64,000 bases of DNA from Patescibacteria group bacterium (GCA_965660445.1 CBFIAK010000001.1:224001-288000), one strand, 5' to 3'. Shown: positions 52,235 through 62,454, numbered from the stretch's first letter. Notes: generated from the sequence alone by a model not told the origin. Program-made: numbers and translations.

Positions 52235-52309
52235 TGGTGGTCTCGCCAAGAGTCGAACTTGGATCACTGGTTCCGCAAACCAGTATTCTATCCATTGAAC
52301 TACGAGACC
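52235..52309 (-). tRNA. tRNA-Arg (GCG)
   Basis: GGTCTCG/CGAGACC acceptor, CTGGT-TT-GCG-GA-ACCAG anticodon arm, GTTCGACT, encoded CCA. Confidence 0.95.
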
Positions 52310-52386
52310 GTCGTCAGAGATTTTTCCATATATTGCATATGTTTCTTTCAGAACCATATTTCATATATTACAAAACCTCTTCCTCT

Positions 52387-52470
52387 CGCTCATAATGGGG
52401 TCTAAGATTGACGAAGACAGAGGTGTATCTCTGCAAAGGAAAAGAATCTTAAACCCTTTCATTATTCGCG
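52387..52470 (-). ncRNA. Candidate rod-shaped small RNA
   Basis: Nested stems with central bubble; G-U pairs on minus strand; TATAAT just upstream. Confidence 0.4.
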
Positions 52471-52528
52471 TTTTTTTTCGATTATACAGATTGTCGGGAA
52501 ATATCAAGAACAAGAAGAACGAGTTTTT

Positions 52529-53698
52529 TTATTCTTCTAATTGAACTCGTCCCCAATTACGTTTTCCTGCTTTAATGACTTTTGGAGTGTTTGAGATCAA
52601 AACCAAGAGTTGAGGATTCTCGATTTTTTCTCCATCAATACTCACCCCTCCGCCAGTTACCAGTCGTCGGGCTTCTGAATTCGAAGCAGTAAACCCACAT
52701 ACTTGTGTTAAGAGATCTAAAATCCCTATTTGATTTTCTGTTGTTACAAAAAGTGGCATTGTGTCGGGAGTTTCTTTTTTTACAAACTTCGTAATGAAAT
52801 CTTGTTCTGCTCCATCTGCTTCTTCTTGAGAATGATAAAATGCAATAATATTTTTTGCGAGTCTCGCTTTTGCATCACGAGGATTTTCTGTTATCCACTG
52901 CTGTACCTGCTGTAATGGTTCATCAGTGCAAAGCTCAAAGTAGTTGAAAAGCAATGTGTCAGGAATAGACATGATCTTCCCAAACATCTCCTGAGGTTCG
53001 TCATCAAGATAAATAGTGTTTCCCCAACTCGTCGACATTTTTCGTCCATCAGTTCCTTCTAAAATGTTGAGTGTTATAACATTTTGTGGTTCTTGATCAA
53101 ACGACTTTTGGAGCGTTCTTCCCGCAAGTACATTAAATAACTGGTCACTCCCCCCTATCTCAATATCAGATTGAATAGCCACTGAGTCATAACCCTGCAT
53201 AAGAGGATACAAAAACTCATGCAGTGAAATTCTTTTTCCCGCCTTATGTCGTTTCGAGAAATTGTCTCGATCAAGCATTTCAGATACCGAGAAGTTTTGT
53301 GCTAACCGAGAAATATCATAGAAATCAAGTTTCGAAAGCCAACTTGAGTTATAGTGAATTTCGCATTTTTCAATATCAAGAATCTTTCCTAAATAAGCGG
53401 TATAATTTCTCATGTTTTCTTGCACTTGTTCTCGACTCAGCATAGGTCGTTCAGTGTCTTTATCACTTGCGTCTCCAACAATTCCAGTAAAATCACCAAT
53501 AATCAACACAATTGTATGACCGAGTGATTGAAACTCTCGCAGTTTTCGCAAAGGAACAGCTCGTCCGATGTGCAACCGTGACCCCGTAGGATCTATTCCA
53601 AATTTAATACGCAAAGGTTTTTTTCGCTGAAGCTTTGCTTCACAGTCTTCTTTTACTAAAACGGTGTGTACCCCACGGGTTAATAACTCATCATTCAT
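52529..53698 (-). CDS. tyrS: Tyrosine--tRNA ligase
   Basis: GIDPTG..LHIG, YPLMQGYD, GGSDQ.FN, KMSTS, C-terminal S4 domain. Confidence 0.97.
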   Translation of the reverse strand: MNDELLTRGVHTVLVKEDCEAKLQRKKPLRIKFGIDPTGSRLHIGRAVPLRKLREFQSLGHTIVLIIGDFTGIVGDASDKDTERPMLSREQVQENMRNYTAYLGKILDIEKCEIHYNSSWLSKLDFYDISRLAQNFSVSEMLDRDNFSKRHKAGKRISLHEFLYPLMQGYDSVAIQSDIEIGGSDQLFNVLAGRTLQKSFDQEPQNVITLNILEGTDGRKMSTSWGNTIYLDDEPQEMFGKIMSIPDTLLFNYFELCTDEPLQQVQQWITENPRDAKARLAKNIIAFYHSQEEADGAEQDFITKFVKKETPDTMPLFVTTENQIGILDLLTQVCGFTASNSEARRLVTGGGVSIDGEKIENPQLLVLISNTPKVIKAGKRNWGRVQLEE

Positions 53699-53809
53699 GT
53701 ATGTGATTTCGTTTACTCATTACAATACAGCTGTTATCATACAAGTAATACGAAGAACGACAAGATTTTTTTGTATACAAAATACTATTCTTTCTCTTTT
53801 TCTCTTGCG

Positions 53810-55021
53810 ATGAAACTGATTCTACAAAACTTTCATGATGTTAATTTTCAAAATATTCGGCAAGAAATTTGGTTTTGGTTTGGATTTGGGGTGTTTTTGT
53901 ATGGAATCGGTCGATTTTTAGACTCATCTTTATTCTTCTGGTTTGATGAAATATTACGAACCCCTTTTCTCGATGATTTTTCTGTCTTTGTGACCGAGAA
54001 ATTAATTTGGGTTCTCTTGGCATTATTTGCTTTTGTGACTGGTTATCGGGTCTGGAAAAATCCTGACCATCATACAAAATTAGTTCCAGCGCTATTCTCG
54101 GTTATTCTTTCAGGAATTATCGCATTTGTCGCAAAATCATTATTTCATGTCCCGCGTCCATTCTTGCAAATGGATTTAATACCTTTAATTGATGCTCCTT
54201 CTTTTAGTTTCCCTTCCGCTCATACAGCAGTAGCATTTGCCTTGCTTATTCCTTTTTTTCGGATTGATAAAATTATTGGATCTTTGTGGCTCCTGTTTGC
54301 TATTTTAGTAGGATTTGCACGTGTGTATCAAAATGTACATTTTCCATCAGATATTGCTGGGGGTATCTTTATAGGTGGTATCGTGGGAAGCTTTTTTTCT
54401 AATAATAACGTTAAAAAAATGATTCTTGTGCTTTGGAATGAACTTGAATTTCGTCGTCAAACATTCCATTTTTTCTCTGGATTCTGCGTAGTCTTTGCTC
54501 ATTGGACTGGTTTTTTTCCTTTGCGTGTCATTGCTTTGTGTCTTTTGGGAGGGCTTGCACTATCGTGGTATTCTATTCATAACAAAATTCCAGTTATTTC
54601 AAATTTGTTAACTCTTTTTGATCGTCCTCGTGATAGAAATTTCCCTGGGAAAGGAGCCTATTATTTTCTCTTAGGGGTCTTTCTTGTATTTATCTTGTTT
54701 CCGAAAGAAGATATTCCCATTGCTTATGCATCGATTCTTATCCTTTCAGTGGGGGATTCTTTAAATCATCTGTTTGATAAAAGACCAGAAGGAAAAATAA
54801 AACTATCGTGGAATCGAAGAAAAAATCTTATTGGACTTCTTATTGGTATTATAGGAGGGACTATTGCCGCTCAGTTTTTTGTGCCTTTTTTTCCTGCATT
54901 ACTCGCTTCAACATTTGCTTTACTTATAGAATCTGTGCCTATACGGTTTGGTAAGTTTTATATTGATGATAATATCTTAGTGCCCATTGTCGCTGGGTTT
55001 GTATTGTGGGTGTTTGTGTAG
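53810..55021 (+). CDS. PAP2 phosphatase fused to dolichol/phytol kinase-like domain
   Basis: K......RP, SFPSAH, ARVY..VHFPSD; then RRQTFH, GDS, DDNILVP. Confidence 0.8.
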   Translation: MKLILQNFHDVNFQNIRQEIWFWFGFGVFLYGIGRFLDSSLFFWFDEILRTPFLDDFSVFVTEKLIWVLLALFAFVTGYRVWKNPDHHTKLVPALFSVILSGIIAFVAKSLFHVPRPFLQMDLIPLIDAPSFSFPSAHTAVAFALLIPFFRIDKIIGSLWLLFAILVGFARVYQNVHFPSDIAGGIFIGGIVGSFFSNNNVKKMILVLWNELEFRRQTFHFFSGFCVVFAHWTGFFPLRVIALCLLGGLALSWYSIHNKIPVISNLLTLFDRPRDRNFPGKGAYYFLLGVFLVFILFPKEDIPIAYASILILSVGDSLNHLFDKRPEGKIKLSWNRRKNLIGLLIGIIGGTIAAQFFVPFFPALLASTFALLIESVPIRFGKFYIDDNILVPIVAGFVLWVFV

Positions 55022-55029
55022 TAGTGAAA

Positions 55030-55465
55030 ATGAGAATCTGGAATCTTAATGAGAATCTAGAATCCTGAATCCAGAATCTTGAATAAATCACAGGAAGTGC
55101 AGTGAATTCTTCGAATTCAGAATTATGAATGAGGAATTATGAATTAAGGAGAAGCGCAGGAGGGCTAAAGCGCTAAAATGGAGACCGGTCTCCAAGTTTT
55201 GGCTTCACTGTGGTATTTTTTGTTTTTTTTGAGTTATTGTATAGTAACAGTGAAGTGAAAAAGACTTTTCACTTCAGAATTATGAATCATGAATGAGGAA
55301 TTATGGGGAAGCGCAGGAGCTACATGGAATCTGGAATCTAGAACAAATCGCAGGAATCACAAAAAAAATCACAAGGTGGTGCAAAGCCTTGTGATTCTCC
55401 CTAGATTCCAGATTCCAGATTCTAGATTCGAGCGCCCTAGCGCTCTTGCGCTCTTGCGCTTCCCC
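55030..55465 (+). repeat. Modular intergenic repeat, copy 5
   Basis: Heptamer arrays, GGAGACCGGTCTCC at 55180-55193, CACAAGG..CCTTGTG, GAGCGCCCTAGCGCTC. Confidence 0.9.
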
Positions 55466-55488
55466 TAACTCATTATTCTTACTTCATT

Positions 55489-56781
55489 CTATAGCTGTCC
55501 TCGGAGTTCTAATGCGTTTACAATACGTTCTATTCCGAGAATAAAAGCTGATTGTCGATATGAAGTTTTATAGTTTTCATGAATGAACAGTAAATCACGA
55601 AATGCATTATCCATTACTTTTTTGAGTTTCTCATTTACGAAATCTTCTTCCCAAATATCACCTGACCGATTTTGAACCCATTCGAAATACGAAACAGTAA
55701 CACCTCCTGCATTGGCAAGAATATCAGGAATAACCGTAATACCCTTTTTCTCAAGTATATCATCTGCTTGAGGTGTAATAGGTCCATTTGCGAGTTCTAA
55801 AATAGTTCGAGCTTTTATCTTATCAGCATTTTCTTCATGAATAACTCCATCAAGTGCCGCAAGAACAAGAACATCAACATCGAGTTGTAGCAATTCTTCA
55901 TTAGAAACAATGCGTACCTTTTCTCGACTCATGTGATCAATATCACATGTATCACCTTCACAAAAATTCCCTCTCAATGAACCTCCTTTTTGCTTGTATT
56001 CATGAATTTTTGGAACATCAAATGCATTATTTTCTGTTACCACTCCTCCAGAACTGTCAGAAACAGCTACAACTTTGTAGCCATGCTTATGAGCAATGTC
56101 AGCAAAATAAGATCCCGCATTTCCAAATCCTTGAATGGCAATAGTTGTATCAACCGGTAGTTTTTTGAGTGTTTCTAAGTACTGAGAAAGAATAAAAAAT
56201 CCACCTTGGCTTGTTGCATAACTCCGACCAAGAGAACCCCCTAGCTCAAGAGGTTTTCCAGTTATAACTCCTGGTGATTTGTGACCAATTACCTTCTCGT
56301 GTTCATCAAGCATCCATGACATAATTTGGGGCGTTGTGTAAACATCGGGAGCTGGAATGTCTTTGTGAACACCAAATATGCCCTGTTCGGTTCCTATTCG
56401 AAAATAAGCTCGACTCATCCGTTCAAGTTCTTTTGGAGAAAGTGTTTTTGGGTTTATGGTGACTCCTCCTTTTCCACCTCCCAAAGGAATATTTACAACC
56501 GCACATTTCAAAGACATAAGTGAAGCAAGTGATTTTACTTCGTTCAAATCCGCTTCATGATGAAAACGAATACCTCCTTTATAAGGTCCACGTGCAGAAT
56601 TATGCTGTACACGATATCCATCAACCGTATGCTTTTTTCCTGAATCAAGCTCGAATTCTACTTGGAATTCATGAATTGATTCCGGCGTTTCAATGCGATG
56701 AAGTGCTTCGGTTGAAAGTTTGATTGTTTTGGCAGCTTTTCGAACATTGGTAAGAAAATGCTCATATGGTTTTTTTGTCAT
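55489..56781 (-). CDS. gdhA: Glutamate dehydrogenase (Glu/Leu/Phe/Val family)
   Basis: RGPYKGGIRFH, GGGKGG, DIPAPD, QGFGNAG, ELANGP, NAGGVTVSYFEWVQN. Confidence 0.93.
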   Translation of the reverse strand: MTKKPYEHFLTNVRKAAKTIKLSTEALHRIETPESIHEFQVEFELDSGKKHTVDGYRVQHNSARGPYKGGIRFHHEADLNEVKSLASLMSLKCAVVNIPLGGGKGGVTINPKTLSPKELERMSRAYFRIGTEQGIFGVHKDIPAPDVYTTPQIMSWMLDEHEKVIGHKSPGVITGKPLELGGSLGRSYATSQGGFFILSQYLETLKKLPVDTTIAIQGFGNAGSYFADIAHKHGYKVVAVSDSSGGVVTENNAFDVPKIHEYKQKGGSLRGNFCEGDTCDIDHMSREKVRIVSNEELLQLDVDVLVLAALDGVIHEENADKIKARTILELANGPITPQADDILEKKGITVIPDILANAGGVTVSYFEWVQNRSGDIWEEDFVNEKLKKVMDNAFRDLLFIHENYKTSYRQSAFILGIERIVNALELRGQL

Positions 56782-56882
56782 CAGAAAAAGAAGATAAAAA
56801 ATAAGAATGTATCTGCATTGTGACGAATATTAAAAAAAAATCAAATATACCCCACCCCCTATATAAAAAAAATGTTTCGTCT

Positions 56883-57704
56883 TCATAGCCATGCTTTTTT
56901 CCAACTCCGCCACCAACGAATAGATGGAATAAAAAAAGAAAATGGAGTGCTTATAAAAATGAGAAAGGCGAGTATTATTTTTTTCTGTTTTCGAGGTAGG
57001 AGGAGAACTTCTGGATGAAGCTTTTCGAAAATAGCCGCATTTGATCGTGCATTCCGAGTATTGTTCCATACGTTTTGAGGTGTTTGTTTGTGGTCATGGT
57101 ATACCGTCCAAATTGGATCAAAGAAAAGCGAAAATCCTTTTTGATACAGTCTGTATCCAAACTCTGTATCTTCAAACCCCCATCCCTGAAACGCAAGAGA
57201 AAAGCGATCAGTTCCAATAATAGACCGTTTGAGCGATATATTAGATGTGTAAAAATGACGCCATGATGGAGTATTGTGTCGTAAAAAATGAAACTGAAAC
57301 TGCGCATGATTGAGTAGCCATTGATGAAAAGGATCATTGGCAAGTTTTTTATCCCATGCGACAAATCCGAGCAGTGCTTTTGTTTCTTGTGGATGAGCTG
57401 TGTGAAACGCAATCATTCTCTGTAACCATTTTTCATCGGGATAAGTATCGTCTCCTAAAAATGCAATAATATCTCCACGAGCATTATCAAGCCCTATATT
57501 TCGAGCTCCAGCGGAATAGGTTTTTGTTTTGGTTGTAAAAATTCGAACCCATGAAGGAATGTTCTGGAGCGTAACAGCCACGTTGTCAAAAATAACCAAA
57601 CATTCAATCGAGTGTCTTGAGAAGTCAGAACATGACTCTATCGATTCAAGCACTTTCGGGAGAGTTTCTCGTCCGATAGTTGGAATGATGATTGATATTT
57701 TCAT
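56883..57704 (-). CDS. Family 2 glycosyltransferase
   Basis: SIIIPT, ARNIG, FLGDD, WGFED.EFG.RL. Confidence 0.9.
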   Translation of the reverse strand: MKISIIIPTIGRETLPKVLESIESCSDFSRHSIECLVIFDNVAVTLQNIPSWVRIFTTKTKTYSAGARNIGLDNARGDIIAFLGDDTYPDEKWLQRMIAFHTAHPQETKALLGFVAWDKKLANDPFHQWLLNHAQFQFHFLRHNTPSWRHFYTSNISLKRSIIGTDRFSLAFQGWGFEDTEFGYRLYQKGFSLFFDPIWTVYHDHKQTPQNVWNNTRNARSNAAIFEKLHPEVLLLPRKQKKIILAFLIFISTPFSFFIPSIRWWRSWKKAWL

Positions 57705-57780
57705 AAATAAAAAATGGACAATGACAGAAACAATTTACAAAAAAAAGAAGACTGAGTACAATAAAAAAGAAGAAAACATT

Positions 57781-58350
57781 ATGAAAAACATATTTTTACA
57801 ACCGCGATCATTTTTTCTTTTGCTTTGTATTCTTTTTCTCTGGGGATGCAAGGACGATACCCAACCAGAAACAACTCCAGTTGTTGTGGAATCAGATACG
57901 CTTTCTCAATACGAAACGCCAGTGCTTGATATTGCGAGACCAACACTCTATACACAACTGCAAGAAGAATCAGGAATTGAAAGTTTTTTATCTATGATTC
58001 AAAAAGCAAAATTAGAACGATGGCTTAATTCGGCAGATGCAATGACAATATTTGTCCCAACAGATAAAGCTATTACACCACTGCTACAAGATAGAAACTT
58101 TATGAATCGTGTGATTTCTGACCCAAGTTTTCTTGAGCGATTTGTGAAACACCATGTTATTCCAGTCGCAATTGATCCGATAGTGCTTCAAAAGAATGGC
58201 ATGATGTATAGTGCAAGTGAAGCCGAAATATCAGTGCTTGCGCAAGGTTCAAAATCGTTTCTGAATGGGGTAATAGAAATTCCCAAAGAGCATATTAAAA
58301 CAGGGAATGGATATATCTATTTTATTGAGGCCCCTTTGCTCATTGAGTAA
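57781..58350 (+). CDS. Fasciclin (FAS1) domain lipoprotein
   Basis: LWGC lipobox, TIFVPTD.A, HHVI, NG.IY.I..PL. Confidence 0.85.
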   Translation: MKNIFLQPRSFFLLLCILFLWGCKDDTQPETTPVVVESDTLSQYETPVLDIARPTLYTQLQEESGIESFLSMIQKAKLERWLNSADAMTIFVPTDKAITPLLQDRNFMNRVISDPSFLERFVKHHVIPVAIDPIVLQKNGMMYSASEAEISVLAQGSKSFLNGVIEIPKEHIKTGNGYIYFIEAPLLIE

Positions 58351-59345
58351 GCCTTTTTGAGTGCGTAAATATTTAAGAACAAAACACAAGTTGTAATTCC
58401 AATAAGTGTTATTATTTTTGTGAAACCTTCTAAAAAAAGAACACTTCCTCCAAAAAAACTAGAAACAATAAGAAATAATACCGTTGTTTTTTGTGGACCA
58501 AGAAGGCGTGCAAAATTGTGATGCATATGGAATAAGTCCCCAGAGAATGGGGATTTTTTGTCGATAGAAATGCGTCGAATGACAATAAATATACTATCGA
58601 TAATAGGAAGGCAGAGTACGAATAAAGTAACGGCTATTTTTGTTCCTGCAAATAATGAAAAAACAGCTAAAAGGAATCCGAGTATCTGTGACCCTGTATC
58701 CCCTAATATTATTTTTCCTCGAAGAAAAAAAAGAAAAGCCCCGAGGGTAATGCCTGCGAGATAAAAAGTGATAAGAAGAAAACTAGGAAGATTCGTTTCC
58801 CATTGTAATTCTGGGCGAATAAGTCCGAAAATACCAAGCGTTGTAAACCCAATAGAAGATATCCCAACAGAAAGTCCAGGAAGTCCATCAAACCAATTGA
58901 GTGCGTTTTGAATCATAATAACCCACACCACAGTCGCTCCTAATGCTATGATCGGCCATTGCATGATATGAAGACTGTCTCCGTCGGAAAATGGGTTTCC
59001 AATAAACTGAATACGAACACCAACCCAAAAAAGACCAATCGCCAAAGCAATGTGTATGCAGAGTCGAAAAAGTGCTGGAAGTGGGGTTCGGTCATCCCAA
59101 AAACTGATCCCCCCTAAAACTATTAAAAAAGGAATAAGCCACCAAAAAATGGGGAAAATAATACAAAAAAGAAGGGATAATACAAGTAAAATAATACCTC
59201 CTGGGTATGGAATTGGCGGTCTTGAAAGATTGTATCGATGAGGAAAATCAAGAAGTCCTATTTTTGGAAAAAACCATAAGCTCCCCCAAACACAAAGAAA
59301 TGAAACCAGAACACCGATACAAAAAAGAGTGAGAATCATGTGCAT
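58317..59345 (-). CDS. MraY/WecA/TagO-family polyprenyl-phosphate sugar-1-phosphate transferase
   Basis: P.PGG, WDD, NALNWFDGL.GL, LGDTGS, D..H.HH. Confidence 0.9.
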   Translation of the reverse strand: MHMILTLFCIGVLVSFLCVWGSLWFFPKIGLLDFPHRYNLSRPPIPYPGGIILLVLSLLFCIIFPIFWWLIPFLIVLGGISFWDDRTPLPALFRLCIHIALAIGLFWVGVRIQFIGNPFSDGDSLHIMQWPIIALGATVVWVIMIQNALNWFDGLPGLSVGISSIGFTTLGIFGLIRPELQWETNLPSFLLITFYLAGITLGAFLFFLRGKIILGDTGSQILGFLLAVFSLFAGTKIAVTLFVLCLPIIDSIFIVIRRISIDKKSPFSGDLFHMHHNFARLLGPQKTTVLFLIVSSFFGGSVLFLEGFTKIITLIGITTCVLFLNIYALKKAYSMSKGASIK

Positions 59346-59459
59346 ATGATACCGAGTCGATACGAAAAAAAAAGAAAAAAATAAAAGACATGGTATTATT
59401 TTTTGACAAAGTGATGAAATACCATTATAAAACGACCGATTTATTTTTGAATTTCTACA

Positions 59460-59612
59460 ATGCTTGCAAAACGAAGATGGAGAAAACGGCTTCGAACACA
59501 TGGGTTTCGCGCTCGAATGCAAACGCCTTCTGGGCGGCGTATATTAGCAAATCGTCGGCGAAAAGGAAGAAAACTTATTAGCGTAGCAGGAAAAGAGAAG
59601 TCGTGGTCTTAA
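59460..59612 (+). CDS. rpmH: 50S ribosomal protein L34
   Basis: Below ORF-track cutoff. Manual translation [50 protein letters not shown]; precedes rnpA-yidC. Confidence 0.92.
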   Translation: MLAKRRWRKRLRTHGFRARMQTPSGRRILANRRRKGRKLISVAGKEKSWS

Positions 59613-59637
59613 TAGACTTCAATGATTCTTGTGTTTT

Positions 59638-59976
59638 ATGATTCCTCGAGATAAGCGGTTTACGGTTCGAATGTTTCAAAAGGTGTTTGAAAAATCCCAT
59701 CGATGGGGTATTGATAAACACCTTTTTCTTATTGGTAAAACGTCATCACAACCTCGATTTGCCGTTGTGGTGGGTAAAAAAATTTCCAAACAAGCGGTGG
59801 TGAGAAATCGATTGCGACGTCAAATCTATGAAATGATTCGTCGAGATTTTTTAGACAGAAACAAAAAATGGAATATCATATTCTTGTATCGAGGTGGTGA
59901 TGTTATAGATGATATAACATCCATAAAAGCTCCATTTGATGCTTTATTTCAGAGACTTGAACGTTCTCATTCTTAA
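59638..59976 (+). CDS. rnpA: Ribonuclease P protein component
   Basis: RFAVVVGKKISKQAVVRNRLRR. Confidence 0.92.
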   Translation: MIPRDKRFTVRMFQKVFEKSHRWGIDKHLFLIGKTSSQPRFAVVVGKKISKQAVVRNRLRRQIYEMIRRDFLDRNKKWNIIFLYRGGDVIDDITSIKAPFDALFQRLERSHS

Positions 59977-59990
59977 TCTTTTTTTTTATT

Positions 59991-61307
59991 ATGACCCAGG
60001 TATCACATCCGAAAACCGGTAACAAACAACCATCTTTTTTTGGTAATTTCCTTCGTTGGTTTCTTGTGTTTTATATTCTTTTCTTTGCATTGCAGTATTT
60101 TTTTGGTGATCCGAAAGAAAGTGTGAGTGATTCAAATCTATCAGCAGATATAGTTATTCAGCCAGAACGAGATGAGTATGTAATGGGAAATGTTGTCCGT
60201 TTTTTTATTGAAAATACGAGTGATAAAACGTATGTATTCAACACTCCATGTGGTGCAGAAAATGAAAATGTAAAGTTCTCATTCGTCACTACCCATAGTG
60301 AAGCTATAGACTATACAGATATTTCGCGAAGTATGAGAGATCAGTGTCGCGAGTCTGAAATTGGAGATGTAACTCTTAATCCTCAACAATCAATTGTATT
60401 CCAAACAAAAGAATACAATGCAAATTTGTTTTCAGAAGCAGGTACGTATCAATTAGAAATGACATGGGAAGACGAAGAAGGAAATCCTCTCATTGTGCAG
60501 TCTGAAGTAGGTATTGAAAAAGCAGGTTGGTTTCGAACCTTGTTTCGAAGTATTGTCACTCGTCCATTGTTTAATATTTTAGTGTTTCTTACAGAATATG
60601 TTCCTGGAAATTCTTATGGAGTGGCTATTATTATCTTAACGATTCTTGTTCGATTGATTCTTTTTGTACCGAACCAGAAAGCTATGAAATCACAACGAGA
60701 ATTACAGAAAATTCAACCAGAGTTACTCAGAATAAAAGAACAGCATAAAGGAAATCAGCAAATGATTGCCCTTAAAACTATGGAATTGTATAAAAGCCAT
60801 AATATAAATCCATTGGGGGGGCTTTTGCCAATTTTGTTGCAAATGCCTTTTTTGCTGGGAATATTTTATTTATTACAAGACGGACTCTCTCCGCATTTAA
60901 GATACCTGCTTTATAGTTTTTATAATAATGCTGATTTTTCTATTGGAGACGTCTTCTTTGTTGGATTAAATTTAGGGGGAGGGTATGAAGTCAACGCTCT
61001 TGCACAAGTGATACTTGCGCTTGTTGTTGCGGGGGTGCAATTTGTCGCTGTTCGATTATCAATGGCTCGTGCACAAACAAAAGATAAACCAGTAGAAAAA
61101 AAGAATCCAGAAGATCCGATGTATATGATGCAGAATGCTGGAAAAATTATGATGTGGGTTATGCCATTTTTAGTGGCTTTGTTTAGCATCTCTTTGCCAG
61201 CCGGAGTTGGGCTTTACTGGTGTGTATCAACGCTTTTTGGTATTGGACAACAGTGGTTTGTGAATAAGCAACTTGAAAAACCACAAATTAGAAAAAAGAC
61301 TTCTTAG
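59991..61307 (+). CDS. yidC: Membrane protein insertase YidC
   Basis: GVAIIILTILVRL, QP...I, LYK..NINP.GG.LP.LLQMP, PAGVGLYW. Confidence 0.93.
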   Translation: MTQVSHPKTGNKQPSFFGNFLRWFLVFYILFFALQYFFGDPKESVSDSNLSADIVIQPERDEYVMGNVVRFFIENTSDKTYVFNTPCGAENENVKFSFVTTHSEAIDYTDISRSMRDQCRESEIGDVTLNPQQSIVFQTKEYNANLFSEAGTYQLEMTWEDEEGNPLIVQSEVGIEKAGWFRTLFRSIVTRPLFNILVFLTEYVPGNSYGVAIIILTILVRLILFVPNQKAMKSQRELQKIQPELLRIKEQHKGNQQMIALKTMELYKSHNINPLGGLLPILLQMPFLLGIFYLLQDGLSPHLRYLLYSFYNNADFSIGDVFFVGLNLGGGYEVNALAQVILALVVAGVQFVAVRLSMARAQTKDKPVEKKNPEDPMYMMQNAGKIMMWVMPFLVALFSISLPAGVGLYWCVSTLFGIGQQWFVNKQLEKPQIRKKTS

Positions 61308-61411
61308 AAATTGTTGTGGTCACTTGTAGGGGAAAGCATTTCTTTTTTTTAGTTTTCTTTTGGACTCAAAAAAAGAACATGGTATTATATTTGTGATTTT
61401 TGTATTTTCTT

Positions 61412-62020
61412 ATGATGGAACAGCGATCAAGACGAAAAAGTGCGATATTGCAAAGCGATACTCTTCGTCGTTTAATGCAGGGGTTTAACGTGCTATCACC
61501 TGAGAAAAAAGGAGTAGTTTTGTCACATATAGGAATATTGGTGTTTTCCTTTTTTCCATGGATGCACATAACTTCAAATGTTTCAGAATATGCGATTATC
61601 TTGTTTTCTCGTGGAAATGTATCGCTCTTTTTGATACTGACTATCATTTTCTTGTCTGCATTGGTTTTGTTTTTATTTATTGATTCTTTCCTCGGACTGA
61701 AAACGATAAAACTCCCTTTTTCTACAGATTATGTCTATGCTTTTGTAGGAATGCAGCAGTTTATTATTGCATTTTTAGCCCTTTCGGCATTGGTTATTTG
61801 GGGTAAACAAATTGGAATTGTAAGACTTTCTTTTGGGTTCTTTTTTACGATGATTTGTATTATTGCGGCTATTGTAGCAACATTTTTAGATATCAGAGTG
61901 CAAAAACGAAAAAAGACGCAAGAATTTTTCCGATCTCCTGCGTCGTCACCCGCTCCTGATACAACTCAAGCATCTTCAGAACCAAAACAAACACGTATTA
62001 ACCAAGTTGATAAGATTTAA
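61412..62020 (+). CDS. Hypothetical 4-TM membrane protein
   Basis: Four hydrophobic segments, F.PW motif. Confidence 0.7.
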   Translation: MMEQRSRRKSAILQSDTLRRLMQGFNVLSPEKKGVVLSHIGILVFSFFPWMHITSNVSEYAIILFSRGNVSLFLILTIIFLSALVLFLFIDSFLGLKTIKLPFSTDYVYAFVGMQQFIIAFLALSALVIWGKQIGIVRLSFGFFFTMICIIAAIVATFLDIRVQKRKKTQEFFRSPASSPAPDTTQASSEPKQTRINQVDKI

Positions 62021-62028
62021 CTGAGAGA

Positions 62029-62454
62029 ATGAATATGCAGAGTGATAATTCGTTTTTAACAGAAGACCAACTCGAGGGGAAAGCCTCTGGAGATGTTCAT
62101 CTTCAAGACTTAGATGATGCTATTAACAAAGTGTTTTCCATTATCAATGAAGATGCCGTACAATTCTATAAGAAATCGGATGAGTCTGAGTGGCCACAAT
62201 GTAAAATATCAGTGTATAATCATGAACTTAAACAAATTGTACCTGCTGGTATTGGACAAACACTTAAAGGAAACGCAAGAACAGTATGTGGACTCACTGG
62301 TTCGAAAAAAATATCGATTGGGAAAGAGGATGTTTTAAAAAATTATTACCACATTAAAGAGATTCCTCAAGAAGAACTTTTGGAAAATGCAAAACAGTTC
62401 ACACAAGCAGATGGTCATCATTCAAAACGAAAACCAACACACAAACGCACATAA
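62029..62454 (+). CDS. Hypothetical protein
   Basis: 141-aa ORF tightly packed upstream of recA. Confidence 0.6.
   Translation: MNMQSDNSFLTEDQLEGKASGDVHLQDLDDAINKVFSIINEDAVQFYKKSDESEWPQCKISVYNHELKQIVPAGIGQTLKGNARTVCGLTGSKKISIGKEDVLKNYYHIKEIPQEELLENAKQFTQADGHHSKRKPTHKRT

Noticed and set aside
59345-59460. oriC next to rpmH
   Set aside because: No dnaA and no cluster of DnaA boxes in the short spacer.
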